A stretch of DNA of 64,000 nucleotides from an uncultured Lachnospiraceae bacterium (GCA_947626945.1 CANQUC010000001.1:33365-97364); one strand, 5' to 3'; numbered from the stretch's first letter, positions 9,678-17,770 are shown. A program made the numbers and translations. The notes: a model not told the origin generated them from the sequence alone.

Positions 9678-10196
9678 TTGGCAAAGATCGAACTGAAGCA
9701 ACCGATCATCGACGAGATCGCAGAAAACATCAAGGATGCAAAATCAGTGGTTCTGGTAGATTACCGCGGCCTGACAGTGGAAGAAGACACCAATCTGCGT
9801 AAGCAGCTGCGGGAAGCAAACGTAATCTACAAAGTATACAAAAACACCATGATGAACTTTGCATTCAAGGGAACCGACTGCGAGCAGCTTTGCGGCCAGC
9901 TGGCCGGACCCAGCGCCATTGCCATTTCCAAGGATGACGCCACCGCGCCGGCAAGAGTGCTTGCGAAGTTTGCGAAGAAAGCAAAGGCCCTTGAACTGAA
10001 GAGCGGTATCGTAGAAGGCGTGTTTTACGACACAGAAGGCATCATGCAGATTGCGAAGGTGCCGTCCAGAGAAGAATTGCTCTCCAAGCTGCTTGGAAGC
10101 ATTCAGTCTCCTGTGGCAAACTTTGCCCGTGTGATCAGACAGATCGCGGAAAAAGACGGCGAGGGAGCAGAAGCCGCCCAGACCGCGGAAGCGTAG
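9678..10196 (+). CDS. rplJ: 50S ribosomal protein L10
   Basis: TTG start 8 nt after AAGGAGG. '(M)AKIELKQPIIDEIAENIKDAKSVVLVDYRGLTVEE' is a canonical L10 N-terminus. The longer listed ORF (9582) runs through the attenuator. Confidence 0.9.
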   Translation: MAKIELKQPIIDEIAENIKDAKSVVLVDYRGLTVEEDTNLRKQLREANVIYKVYKNTMMNFAFKGTDCEQLCGQLAGPSAIAISKDDATAPARVLAKFAKKAKALELKSGIVEGVFYDTEGIMQIAKVPSREELLSKLLGSIQSPVANFARVIRQIAEKDGEGAEAAQTAEA

Positions 10197-10278
10197 AGAT
10201 TCAAAGCTTTGCGCCATGCCGCAGGATATGCCTGCGGCGGATTGAAATGAAAACGAAATGAAAATGGAGGAAACAAAA

Positions 10279-10656
10279 ATGGCAAAACTGACAACAGCTG
10301 AAATGATCGAAGCGATCAAGGAAATGTCCGTACTGGAACTGAACGAACTGGTAAAAGCATGTGAGGAAGAGTTTGGCGTATCTGCGGCAGCAGGCGTTGT
10401 AGTTGCGGCAGGTGCCGGAGAGGGCGCGGCAGCCGCTGAGGAGAAGACAGAATTCAACGTAGAGCTGACAGAAGTAGGTCCCAACAAGGTAAAGGTCATC
10501 AAGGTTGTCCGTGAGATCACAGGCCTTGGTCTGAAAGAGGCCAAGGAAGTTGTTGACGGCGCTCCCAAGATGGTAAAAGAGGGCGTTGAAAAGGCTGAGG
10601 CCGAGGACATCAAGGCAAAGATCGAGGCGGAAGGCGCCAAGGTAACGCTGAAATAA
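10279..10656 (+). CDS. rplL: 50S ribosomal protein L7/L12
   Basis: ATG at 10279 after GGAGGAAAC. '[25 protein letters not shown]', Ala/Gly hinge, '[25 protein letters not shown]'. Confidence 0.95.
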   Translation: MAKLTTAEMIEAIKEMSVLELNELVKACEEEFGVSAAAGVVVAAGAGEGAAAAEEKTEFNVELTEVGPNKVKVIKVVREITGLGLKEAKEVVDGAPKMVKEGVEKAEAEDIKAKIEAEGAKVTLK

Positions 10657-10680
10657 TAAAGAACTGGTTTTGTAAAGGGG

Positions 10681-10747
10681 CGTCTCAGGGCACCGGATTT
10701 CTTTATGCTGCGGCAGGAGAGAAACGGGTGCTTTGAGACGTCTTTTT
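10681..10747 (+). terminator. Rho-independent terminator after rplL
   Basis: Long interrupted hairpin cgtctca..gcacc (10681-) / ggtgc..tgagacg (-10740), followed by tcttttt. Confidence 0.6.
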
Positions 10748-10793
10748 CTGTAATGGCAAAGTGAACAAAAATGAAAAATAAACAGAAAATCAA

Positions 10794-10822
10794 TTGCTTT
10801 TTAAGGTCAGAAGTGATAAAAT
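10794..10822 (+). promoter_or_regulatory. Sigma-A type promoter (extended -10)
   Basis: TTGCTT (10794-10799), 17-nt spacer, TGaTAAAAT (-10 at 10817-10822); AAAGGA RBS before ATG 10871. Confidence 0.5.
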
Positions 10823-10870
10823 TTACACAGGCCTATAAACAAAGGTACTAATAAGAAAGGATGATGTAAG

Positions 10871-12706
10871 ATGAAAAAGTTCCAGTTTGCACAGTCAATG
10901 GCCAAAAAAGCCCTTGCAGTGGGGCTGTCTGTTGCCATGACCGTGCCGATGTCCTTGACGTCTATTGGGGGTACAATCGTGCAGGCTGCTGATGATGACT
11001 TGCCTGTTCCGTTTTCGACCATTCAGGCCGGTATTACAGAAGGCAAGGCAGATAACGAAGCAAACGCGCCTGCTGTGGATGCTCTTACGGACGCTCCGTG
11101 GGCCGGCGGTGAAAAAAACGCCTGGACTCTGAAGGACACAGTGACCAACGAGCCTGTGACCGCCAACAACAGAACCACTCTGCAGGAGACAGACTCCGCG
11201 TTTGTTGTTGCCAATCCCTTTAAGGGCAAAACACAGCTCAGCGAAGACATAAGGGATGTTCTGACTGACGTGACGGATCCCGCAACCGGTAGTAAGATCG
11301 GACAAAAGCCCGTATGGACCCAGGGCGTGACCCTGACCTACTGGGTAAAGGCAAAGGATGCCAAGAACTCAGCAGTTCTCTCCTTTGTAGGAAATGATAT
11401 CCGTACATATCACAAGGATCAGCTTCAGTACTACCGCATCTGCTCTGAGTATGAAAAGGGCATGGAAAACGATCCCGACAGTCGTTTTTACATCCAGAAA
11501 GTAAAGGACGCCACTTTTGAAGGCAAGACGGTATATACCTTTGACGCCTGGTGGGAGAAGAACGGATACACCTCAAATACTCAGAAAAAGAATCATGTGC
11601 CTGAGTGGTGCTACTATGTTCCCGGTATAGAATGCAACGAGAGCGACGCCATCGACGCTTATATGTATATTGGCAAGATGAACGAGGACGGCACAGCCGC
11701 TGAAGCTCTGACTACCAGAAATACCGTTAAGGTGCCCAACGGTTTCTGCAAGGACGCAACCTACTACGGCGAACTGGACGTTGCCAAAGGCAGCCAGCTG
11801 AAGCAGGCCGACGTGGACGGATTCCTGCAGATTTCCGCGGACAACGAGCTGAAGTTCATGGAAGATACCGGCACCGAGTACAGCGTCAACAACAACCGGA
11901 AAGATTACGGCACAGACAAGACGCCCGGTATGCAGGTGTCCAACAATCTGAGCGTAATCGGCAACTTTACAAAACGTGACGCAGAGGATCCTGTTCTCAG
12001 CAACAGCGACTGGCACTTTGTTGCATATGTGATCACCAATGACAGCGTGACCGCTTATGTAGACGGAGAGGACATGGACGTAATGGATTACGATGTTAAA
12101 AATGCGGACGGTTCTCAGGGTCCTATGACATGGGCAGGAAAGTCCTTCAACGCAAGCGTTGCGCTGAATTCTCCTACAGGAGCCGCTCACAGCGCTGGCT
12201 CTGCCACCTATCCGGGTTACTATGATTCCAACTGCAACGGCAAGCTTCTGATGGATTGGCTGATCCAGGATCAGGTTGAATTAAAGATCGGCGGCGCCAG
12301 CGTGAAGATGGATCTGAACGCGGTAAACAATGGCGCGGCAACAAAAGAGCTTGGTTACTGGCCCAACGATACAGTGGCAGGCACTCAGATCGCCAAGATC
12401 AATGTGTATGACACGCCGCTGTCCGCTGCAAAGGTTCAGGATATCTACGCGGCCAAGGATCCCAAGGTTGCAGAAGAAAAGGTCGATGTGCAGTATGGCA
12501 ATGTGGACGGAGACGAAGAGGTAACGACAAACGACGCCATCGCAGTTCTGAGATCTCTTGTAAAGCTGACCACATTTGACGATGCCCAGACCACAGCTGC
12601 CGATGTAAACCAGGATGGAACCGTGGACGTAAACGACGCCATCACCATTCTGAAACATCTGGTGAAACTGATTCCGGAACTTCCTGTTCCGAAGCCTGCC
12701 GCTTAA
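10871..12706 (+). CDS. Secreted dockerin-containing protein with LamG/concanavalin-like module (no recognisable catalytic domain)
   Basis: Signal peptide ('...TIVQA/ADDD'). The module is collinear with the C-terminal half of the pectate lyase ('WTQGVTLTYWVK', 'DWHFVAYVITNDSVTAYVDGE'). Clear dockerin pair 'GNVDGDEEVTTNDAIAVLRSLVKL' and 'ADVNQDGTVDVNDAITILKHLVKL'. Confidence 0.8.
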   Translation: MKKFQFAQSMAKKALAVGLSVAMTVPMSLTSIGGTIVQAADDDLPVPFSTIQAGITEGKADNEANAPAVDALTDAPWAGGEKNAWTLKDTVTNEPVTANNRTTLQETDSAFVVANPFKGKTQLSEDIRDVLTDVTDPATGSKIGQKPVWTQGVTLTYWVKAKDAKNSAVLSFVGNDIRTYHKDQLQYYRICSEYEKGMENDPDSRFYIQKVKDATFEGKTVYTFDAWWEKNGYTSNTQKKNHVPEWCYYVPGIECNESDAIDAYMYIGKMNEDGTAAEALTTRNTVKVPNGFCKDATYYGELDVAKGSQLKQADVDGFLQISADNELKFMEDTGTEYSVNNNRKDYGTDKTPGMQVSNNLSVIGNFTKRDAEDPVLSNSDWHFVAYVITNDSVTAYVDGEDMDVMDYDVKNADGSQGPMTWAGKSFNASVALNSPTGAAHSAGSATYPGYYDSNCNGKLLMDWLIQDQVELKIGGASVKMDLNAVNNGAATKELGYWPNDTVAGTQIAKINVYDTPLSAAKVQDIYAAKDPKVAEEKVDVQYGNVDGDEEVTTNDAIAVLRSLVKLTTFDDAQTTAADVNQDGTVDVNDAITILKHLVKLIPELPVPKPAA

Positions 12707-12753
12707 GGCAGAACCCGTTTTTTTGGGAAAAAAATGAATTCAGCAAAAATAGC

Positions 12754-12782
12754 TTGACAAGCAGAAAAGAAAATGATAAATT
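12754..12782 (+). promoter_or_regulatory. Sigma-A type promoter (extended -10)
   Basis: TTGACA (12754-12759), 17-nt spacer, TGaTAAATT (-10 at 12777-12782). Confidence 0.55.
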
Positions 12783-12830
12783 TATGCTTGTAAACGTATT
12801 GCACAATACAATAGAAAGGAAGAGATTGAA

Positions 12831-13673
12831 ATGAAAAAGTTACTTGCAGTACTTTTGTCTGCTGCAATGGTACTTGGCATGACATCTATGACATTCGCGG
12901 CAGGCGAAGGAAATGTTGCAGCTGAGCTTGCTCTGTCCGTAGATGGCAATGCTGTTGTGATCAGTGCAGTTGGCGATGTATCATGGAATGCGATTCCTGA
13001 GACAACTATCACTTACAAGGCTGCAAAAGAAGGCGGCTCCGTTACCAAGGCTGATATCGTAGCTACAGCTACAAACTATGGTATTCAAAAAGCCTCCGCA
13101 CCTGTACTGCATTACCTGAACGAGGGTTATACCCTTGCAATCGAAGGCAATGCAACAGACGCTACAATGGAAGACGGTAAGTTTATGATCGCTGCCGGCG
13201 CTGCTGCTCCCACTTCTACAGTTTACAAAGGTGAGATTGTAAGAGTTGAGTTCAAGGATACCGTAAACGCTGACAATCCTGTTATTGTAACATTGGGAGA
13301 TCAGTCTGTGACAATTCCTGAGGCTACTAAGAGCGAAGAAGTTGTTAAGAGTGAAGAAGTTGTTAAGAGTGAAGAGGTTGTTAAGAGTGAAGAAGTAACC
13401 AACACTGAGGTTGCTCAGACCGAAGCTGCTCAGACCGAGGCTGCTCAGACTGAAGCTGCTGGATCTCAGAAGCCTGCTACACTGACTTCTCAGAAGCCTG
13501 CTGGTGGTACCACAACTACCACAACATCCCAGAAGCCTTCTACTACTACCACAAGCGGTGGAAAGAACACAGCTGCTAAGACTGCTGACGTAGCTCCTAT
13601 CGCTACCATGGCTGTTCTGGCACTTGCTGCTGGCGTTGTAGTTGTTAGCATGAAGAAGAAAGTTACAGAATAA
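12831..13673 (+). CDS. Cell-surface protein: signal peptide, ~150-aa beta-rich ectodomain, repetitive acidic/Thr-rich stalk, C-terminal TM anchor with KKK tail
   Basis: 'MKKLLAVLLSAAMVLGMTSMTFA/AGEG' signal. Repeats (KSEEVV)x4, (AQTEA)x3, SQKP(A/S)x3, poly-Thr. C-terminus 'APIATMAVLALAAGVVVVSMKKKVTE'. Strong terminator downstream. Confidence 0.75.
   Translation: MKKLLAVLLSAAMVLGMTSMTFAAGEGNVAAELALSVDGNAVVISAVGDVSWNAIPETTITYKAAKEGGSVTKADIVATATNYGIQKASAPVLHYLNEGYTLAIEGNATDATMEDGKFMIAAGAAAPTSTVYKGEIVRVEFKDTVNADNPVIVTLGDQSVTIPEATKSEEVVKSEEVVKSEEVVKSEEVTNTEVAQTEAAQTEAAQTEAAGSQKPATLTSQKPAGGTTTTTTSQKPSTTTTSGGKNTAAKTADVAPIATMAVLALAAGVVVVSMKKKVTE
13329..13456 (+). repeat. In-frame tandem repeats (18-bp KSEEVV x4, then 15-bp AQTEA x3)
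   Basis: aag agY gaa gaR gtt gtt x4 starting at 13329, then gct cag acY gaR gct x3. Confidence 0.9.
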
Positions 13674-13708
13674 TCTGACTGATTCTTTCAAAAACAACCA
13701 TAACAAAA

Positions 13709-13739
13709 AGAGCGTTGCATAATGCAGCGCTCTTTTTTT
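13709..13739 (+). terminator. Rho-independent terminator
   Basis: agagcgttgca / tgcagcgctct stem (one G-U pair) with a short loop, followed by T7. Confidence 0.85.
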
Positions 13740-13867
13740 GCCCAGAGAAGCAAACAGTTTGGCAGATAAAAAGAATGACATTCTTCCGGGAAAATGGTAT
13801 AATGAACACAATGAGCCAGGCGCTGAAAAAAACAGGGCAATTGGCATCAAAAGGATGGCTGAGCATT

Positions 13868-14623
13868 ATGAAAATCAAAAAAAAATTCAGAACAGTCTGC
13901 TGTGCGCTGGGGATGCTGCTGGCATTGGAACAGTCCGCTGTAGCCGTACCGGCAGCAAATGATCCGGGAACAGCGCTGCCGGCAAAGACAGAGGAGGTTT
14001 CTCAGACGGCAAAGACGGAGGAATCGGACAGCGGAAAAGCCGTTTTGTCTTTAAGCGCTGAGGGCAATACGGTTTATGTGGACACAGAGGGGACGTGGAG
14101 TTCTCTGGAGGGTCAGCTTGTATTTGATGGGGCCAATCAGACGGCAAAATACGGAGCAACCCAGGAACTGACAGACGCGGCCCTGGATCAGCAGGTGATG
14201 AGCCTGCCTGTTTTTAATATGCAGGAGGGGAATTTTATATTCGTGGCAGTCTATTCGGCTCTTTCCGGTCAGGGGATCGACTATACCGGTCATGCGCTGT
14301 ATGTGACTTTTAAGGAGATCAACGATCCGATTACAGTTACCCTGCAGGATCTGGACGGCAACGTGCTGGAGACAGTTGTGGCGGATGGGGCCGCGACCTC
14401 TTTGGAGAAAGAGGAAGAGACGAAAGCCTCTGCGTCTCCTGCCGGAAAGGAACAGAACCGCCTGTGGATCTGGACGGCAGCTGTCCTGGCCGCCATTGTG
14501 ATCGTGGCGGCGGTTTTGCTGCTGATATTAAGGAGCTGTTCCAAAAAGAAAAAGGACCCGCGGGAGAACTCAGAGAACCCGGAGAAAACACAGGATTCTG
14601 ACGGACAGGAGATGAATCAATGA
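13868..14623 (+). CDS. Membrane-anchored surface protein related to the preceding gene (signal peptide, ectodomain, TM, cytoplasmic tail)
   Basis: Start placed at ATG 13868 ('MKIKKKFRTVCCALGMLLALEQSAVA'). Ectodomain 'AVLSLSAEGNTVYVDTEG...ITVTLQDLDGNVLE' parallels 'ELALSVDGNAVVISAVG...VIVTLGDQSVTI' of the neighbour. TM 'LWIWTAAVLAAIVIVAAVLLLIL'. Its stop overlaps the next start (ATGA). Confidence 0.7.
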   Translation: MKIKKKFRTVCCALGMLLALEQSAVAVPAANDPGTALPAKTEEVSQTAKTEESDSGKAVLSLSAEGNTVYVDTEGTWSSLEGQLVFDGANQTAKYGATQELTDAALDQQVMSLPVFNMQEGNFIFVAVYSALSGQGIDYTGHALYVTFKEINDPITVTLQDLDGNVLETVVADGAATSLEKEEETKASASPAGKEQNRLWIWTAAVLAAIVIVAAVLLLILRSCSKKKKDPRENSENPEKTQDSDGQEMNQ

Positions 14624-15420
14624 CGGTATTAGACAGTTTTTCACTGAAAGGAAAAACCGCCCTTGTAACAGGAGGATGCTATGGCATCGGATATGCCATT
14701 GGCAAGGCGCTTGGGCAGGCGGGAGCCACTGTGGTGTTCAATGCCAGAAATCCGGGGCGGATCCAAAAGGCCCTGTCTGATTATGAGGCTGACGGGATCC
14801 GGGCATACGGTTATGTCTGTGACGTTACGGATGAGGCAGCCGTGCAGGATCTGATTGAAACTATCCGGAAAGAGCACGGGGCGGCAGACATTCTGGTCAA
14901 CAACGCGGGCATCATCAGGCGGATCCCCATGTGTGAGATGTCGGCCAAAGACTTTCGGGAAGTGATCGACATTGACCTGAACGGTCCTTTCATCATGGCA
15001 AAGGCAGTGCTTCCGGATATGATCAAAAAGGGCCATGGAAAGATCATCAACATTTGTTCCATGATGAGCGAGCTGGGCAGAGAGACCGTATCTGCCTATG
15101 CGGCGGCAAAAGGCGGACTGAAGATGCTTACGCGGAATATCGCGTCCGAATATGGCGGCTATGGCATTCAGTGCAACGGCATTGGCCCCGGCTATATTGC
15201 CACGCCGCAGACGGCGCCTTTGCGGGAGCCCCAGGCTGACGGCAACCCCCATCCCTTTGACTCCTTTATCATTGGCAAAACTCCGGCAAAACGCTGGGGC
15301 ACGCCGGAGGATCTGATGGGCGCCGCGGTGTTTCTGGCGTCAGACGCTTCGAATTTTGTAAACGGTCAAATCTTGTATGTGGACGGCGGCATTCTGGCCT
15401 ATATTGGAAAGCAGCCGTGA
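14620..15420 (+). CDS. SDR oxidoreductase, gluconate 5-dehydrogenase / DhuD/KduD-like (2-keto-3-deoxy-D-gluconate forming)
   Basis: 'FSLKGKTALVTGGCYGIGYAIG' Rossmann motif, 'NNAG', 'YAAAKGG' (YxxxK), 'RWGTPEDLMGAAVFLASDASNFVNGQILYVDGG'. Collinear with Gno/KduD-type SDRs. Confidence 0.75.
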   Translation: MTVLDSFSLKGKTALVTGGCYGIGYAIGKALGQAGATVVFNARNPGRIQKALSDYEADGIRAYGYVCDVTDEAAVQDLIETIRKEHGAADILVNNAGIIRRIPMCEMSAKDFREVIDIDLNGPFIMAKAVLPDMIKKGHGKIINICSMMSELGRETVSAYAAAKGGLKMLTRNIASEYGGYGIQCNGIGPGYIATPQTAPLREPQADGNPHPFDSFIIGKTPAKRWGTPEDLMGAAVFLASDASNFVNGQILYVDGGILAYIGKQP

Positions 15421-15435
15421 CGGAAAGGAGATCGC

Positions 15436-16071
15436 ATGAAGATCGCATTGATCAATGAAAACAGCCAGGCGGCTAAAAACGCCCAGATTGAGGCGGTTCT
15501 GAAAAAAGTGGCGGAGCCCCTGGGACATCAGGTGATGAATTACGGAATGTACAGTCCGGAGGATCCGGCTCAGCTGACCTATGTGCAGATCGGAATCCTG
15601 GCGGCGGTGCTGCTGAATTCCAAAGCGGCGGATTATGTGGTGACCGGATGCGGCACCGGAGAGGGCGCCATGCTTGCATGCAACGCGTTCCCGGGGGTGC
15701 TTTGCGGACATATCGTTGATCCGTCGGACGCTTATCTGTTTGCCCAGATCAACGACGGCAACGCAATTGCACTTCCCTTTGCCAAAGGATTTGGATGGGG
15801 TGCGGAGCTGAATCTGGAATATATTTTTGAAAAGCTTTTTTCCTGTGAGGGCGGCCAGGGCTATCCCAGAGAGCGGGCTGTGCCGGAGCAGAGGAATAAA
15901 AAGATCCTGGATCAGGTAAAGCAGGTGACCTGCAGAAAGCTGACGGATATTTTGCGGGAGCTTCCGGCGGAGCTTGTACAGGGCGCTTTGGCGGGAGAAC
16001 GGTTCCGAACCCTGTTTTTTGAAAACTGCAAGGATCCGGAAATTGCGGAAACCGTAAACGGACTGCTGTAA
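15436..16071 (+). CDS. RpiB/LacA/LacB-family isomerase, DhuI-like (4-deoxy-L-threo-5-hexosulose-uronate isomerase candidate)
   Basis: 211 aa. '[21 protein letters not shown]' RpiB-type active-site region. The ~210-aa size class is the one found next to DhuD-type SDRs in Firmicutes. Confidence 0.65.
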   Translation: MKIALINENSQAAKNAQIEAVLKKVAEPLGHQVMNYGMYSPEDPAQLTYVQIGILAAVLLNSKAADYVVTGCGTGEGAMLACNAFPGVLCGHIVDPSDAYLFAQINDGNAIALPFAKGFGWGAELNLEYIFEKLFSCEGGQGYPRERAVPEQRNKKILDQVKQVTCRKLTDILRELPAELVQGALAGERFRTLFFENCKDPEIAETVNGLL

Positions 16072-16080
16072 GGGGGCTTA

Positions 16081-16235
16081 GTGTGAAAAATCACACAGAT
16101 GTGCTGATTGTTTCACAAAACGAAGTCCCTTCGTTTGGCTATTTGTGCCGGAGCGTCACAAATAGCACTGATGGCAGACGCGAACTGGAGGTTCGCGTCG
16201 CCCCGTCGCGTAAACGCTCCGGAATGGGGATTATT
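16081..16235 (+). repeat. Structured intergenic repeat, copy A (hairpin module + core), abutting the udp start codon
   Basis: Near-identical to the reverse complement of 27191-27326 and 27327-27410. Hairpins at 16082-16117, 16118-16136, 16138-16166 and 16177-16199. The 9-nt loop CCGGAGCGT (16148-16156) is complementary to ACGCTCCGG (16214-16222). Confidence 0.9.
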
Positions 16236-16994
16236 ATGAAACAGTATCATATTCAGTGCGATACAGGCGATGTGGGAAACTATGTGATTCTGCCGGGAGA
16301 TCCGGGACGGTGCCGTCAGATCGCAGAATATTTTGAACGGCCGGAAAAGATCTGTGAGAACCGGGAGTTTACCACATACACCGGCCGGCTGCTTGGAGAA
16401 CCGGTATCGGTTACTTCCACAGGCATTGGCGGACCCTCGGCGGTCATTGCCATGGAGGAGTTGAAAGCCATTGGCGCCCATACCTTTATTCGGGTAGGCA
16501 CCTGCGGCGGTATTGATATGAAAGTGAAAAGCGGTGACTGTGTCATTGCCATGAGCGCGGTGCGCCATGAGGGCACCAGCCGGGAATACGCGCCTATAGA
16601 ATATCCTGCCACCTCTGACTACCAAGTGCTCACGGCGCTTACGGCGGCGGCTGAGGATCTGGGGATTCCCTGGCACGCAGGCGTGGTGCAGTGCAAAGAT
16701 TCCTTTTACGGACAGCATGATCCGGAAAGAATGCCGGTCTTTCGGGAACTGCTGGATCGGTGGGAGGCCTGGAAACGGCTTCATGTGCTTGCCAGCGAAA
16801 TGGAGTCGGCGGCGCTCTTTACAGCGGCGGCGGCCCTTGGGGCGCGGAGCGGAGCGGTGTTTAACGTGGTCTGGAATCAGGAGCGAAAAGCGGCCGGATT
16901 TACGGAGCCGGACAATCACTCCACAGACAGAGGGATCCGGATCGCGGTAGAGGCCATCAAAAGGCTGATCCAAAAAGACAGACAGAATGGATAA
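16236..16994 (+). CDS. udp: Uridine phosphorylase (PNP/UDP-1 family)
   Basis: '[17 protein letters not shown]...[34 protein letters not shown]...EMESAALF' is collinear with Udp. Start set at ATG 16236; the listed ORF start 16083 translates the repeat element. Confidence 0.85.
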   Translation: MKQYHIQCDTGDVGNYVILPGDPGRCRQIAEYFERPEKICENREFTTYTGRLLGEPVSVTSTGIGGPSAVIAMEELKAIGAHTFIRVGTCGGIDMKVKSGDCVIAMSAVRHEGTSREYAPIEYPATSDYQVLTALTAAAEDLGIPWHAGVVQCKDSFYGQHDPERMPVFRELLDRWEAWKRLHVLASEMESAALFTAAAALGARSGAVFNVVWNQERKAAGFTEPDNHSTDRGIRIAVEAIKRLIQKDRQNG

Positions 16995-17006
16995 GGAAGT
17001 GACGGC

Positions 17007-17717
17007 ATGAATTTTGTTTTGGACGCGCATACTCATACCCTGGCCAGCGGCCACGGCTACAGCACCATCCGGGAGATGGCGTATGCCGCCGCGGGAAAGG
17101 GACTGAAGCTTTTAGGGATCACTGAGCATGGGCCGGCTATGCCCGGCAGCTGTACGGAATTTTATTTTCTCAATCTTCGGGTAGTTCCAAGAGTCATGTG
17201 CGGCGTGGAGCTGCTTTTGGGGGCGGAGCTGAATATTCTGGATGACCGGGGCAGGGTGGATCTGCCGGAAACTATTTTAAAAAGGCTGGATCTTTGCGTG
17301 GCAAGCCTGCATCTGCCCTGTATCAGGCCGGGAACAAGAGAGCAGAACACCAGCGCGTATCTTCATGCAATGGAAAATCCCCATGTAAACATCATCGGAC
17401 ATCCGGATGATCCCAGATATCCGGTGGATTACCGGACGCTTGTGCGGGAGGCAAAAGCCCATCATGTGCTGCTGGAGTTCAACAACGGTTCCCTTGTGCC
17501 GGGAGGCGCCCGTTCTGATGCCTGGAAGCAGGATCAGGAAATGCTGCGGTACTGTATGGAATATCAGGTTCCCGTAATCGTCAACACAGACGCTCACATA
17601 GATCATCTGGTAGGAAATTTTGATCTCGCAAAGAAAAAACTGGCGGAGATCGAATTTCCCGATTCCCTTGTGGTAAACCGGTCTGTGGACGAATTTCGGA
17701 AATATTTGCGGAAATAG
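17007..17717 (+). CDS. PHP-domain phosphatase (YcdX family)
   Basis: 'DAHTHTLASGHGYSTI', 'ITEHGP', 'NIIGHPDD' and 'NTDAH' metal-binding motifs. Confidence 0.85.
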   Translation: MNFVLDAHTHTLASGHGYSTIREMAYAAAGKGLKLLGITEHGPAMPGSCTEFYFLNLRVVPRVMCGVELLLGAELNILDDRGRVDLPETILKRLDLCVASLHLPCIRPGTREQNTSAYLHAMENPHVNIIGHPDDPRYPVDYRTLVREAKAHHVLLEFNNGSLVPGGARSDAWKQDQEMLRYCMEYQVPVIVNTDAHIDHLVGNFDLAKKKLAEIEFPDSLVVNRSVDEFRKYLRK

Positions 17718-17770
17718 CCTTTACGTTCGGACTTTAATATGATAAACTTTAAAAGCAGGAGGTGGAGTGC

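Noticed and set aside
9744-10793. 349-aa minus-strand ORF spanning rplJ-rplL and the downstream terminator
   Set aside because: It is antisense to two unmistakable ribosomal protein genes. Its sequence is low-complexity and Ser/Ala-rich, it has no RBS or motif, and it is a typical shadow ORF in GC-rich coding DNA.
16083-16235. N-terminal extension '[10 protein letters not shown]...[30 protein letters not shown]' of the udp ORF, and the equivalent extension of the LysR ORF at 27191-27283
   Set aside because: The identical peptide on two unrelated proteins arises from translating the intergenic repeat. Both proteins have canonical family N-termini starting at the downstream ATG.
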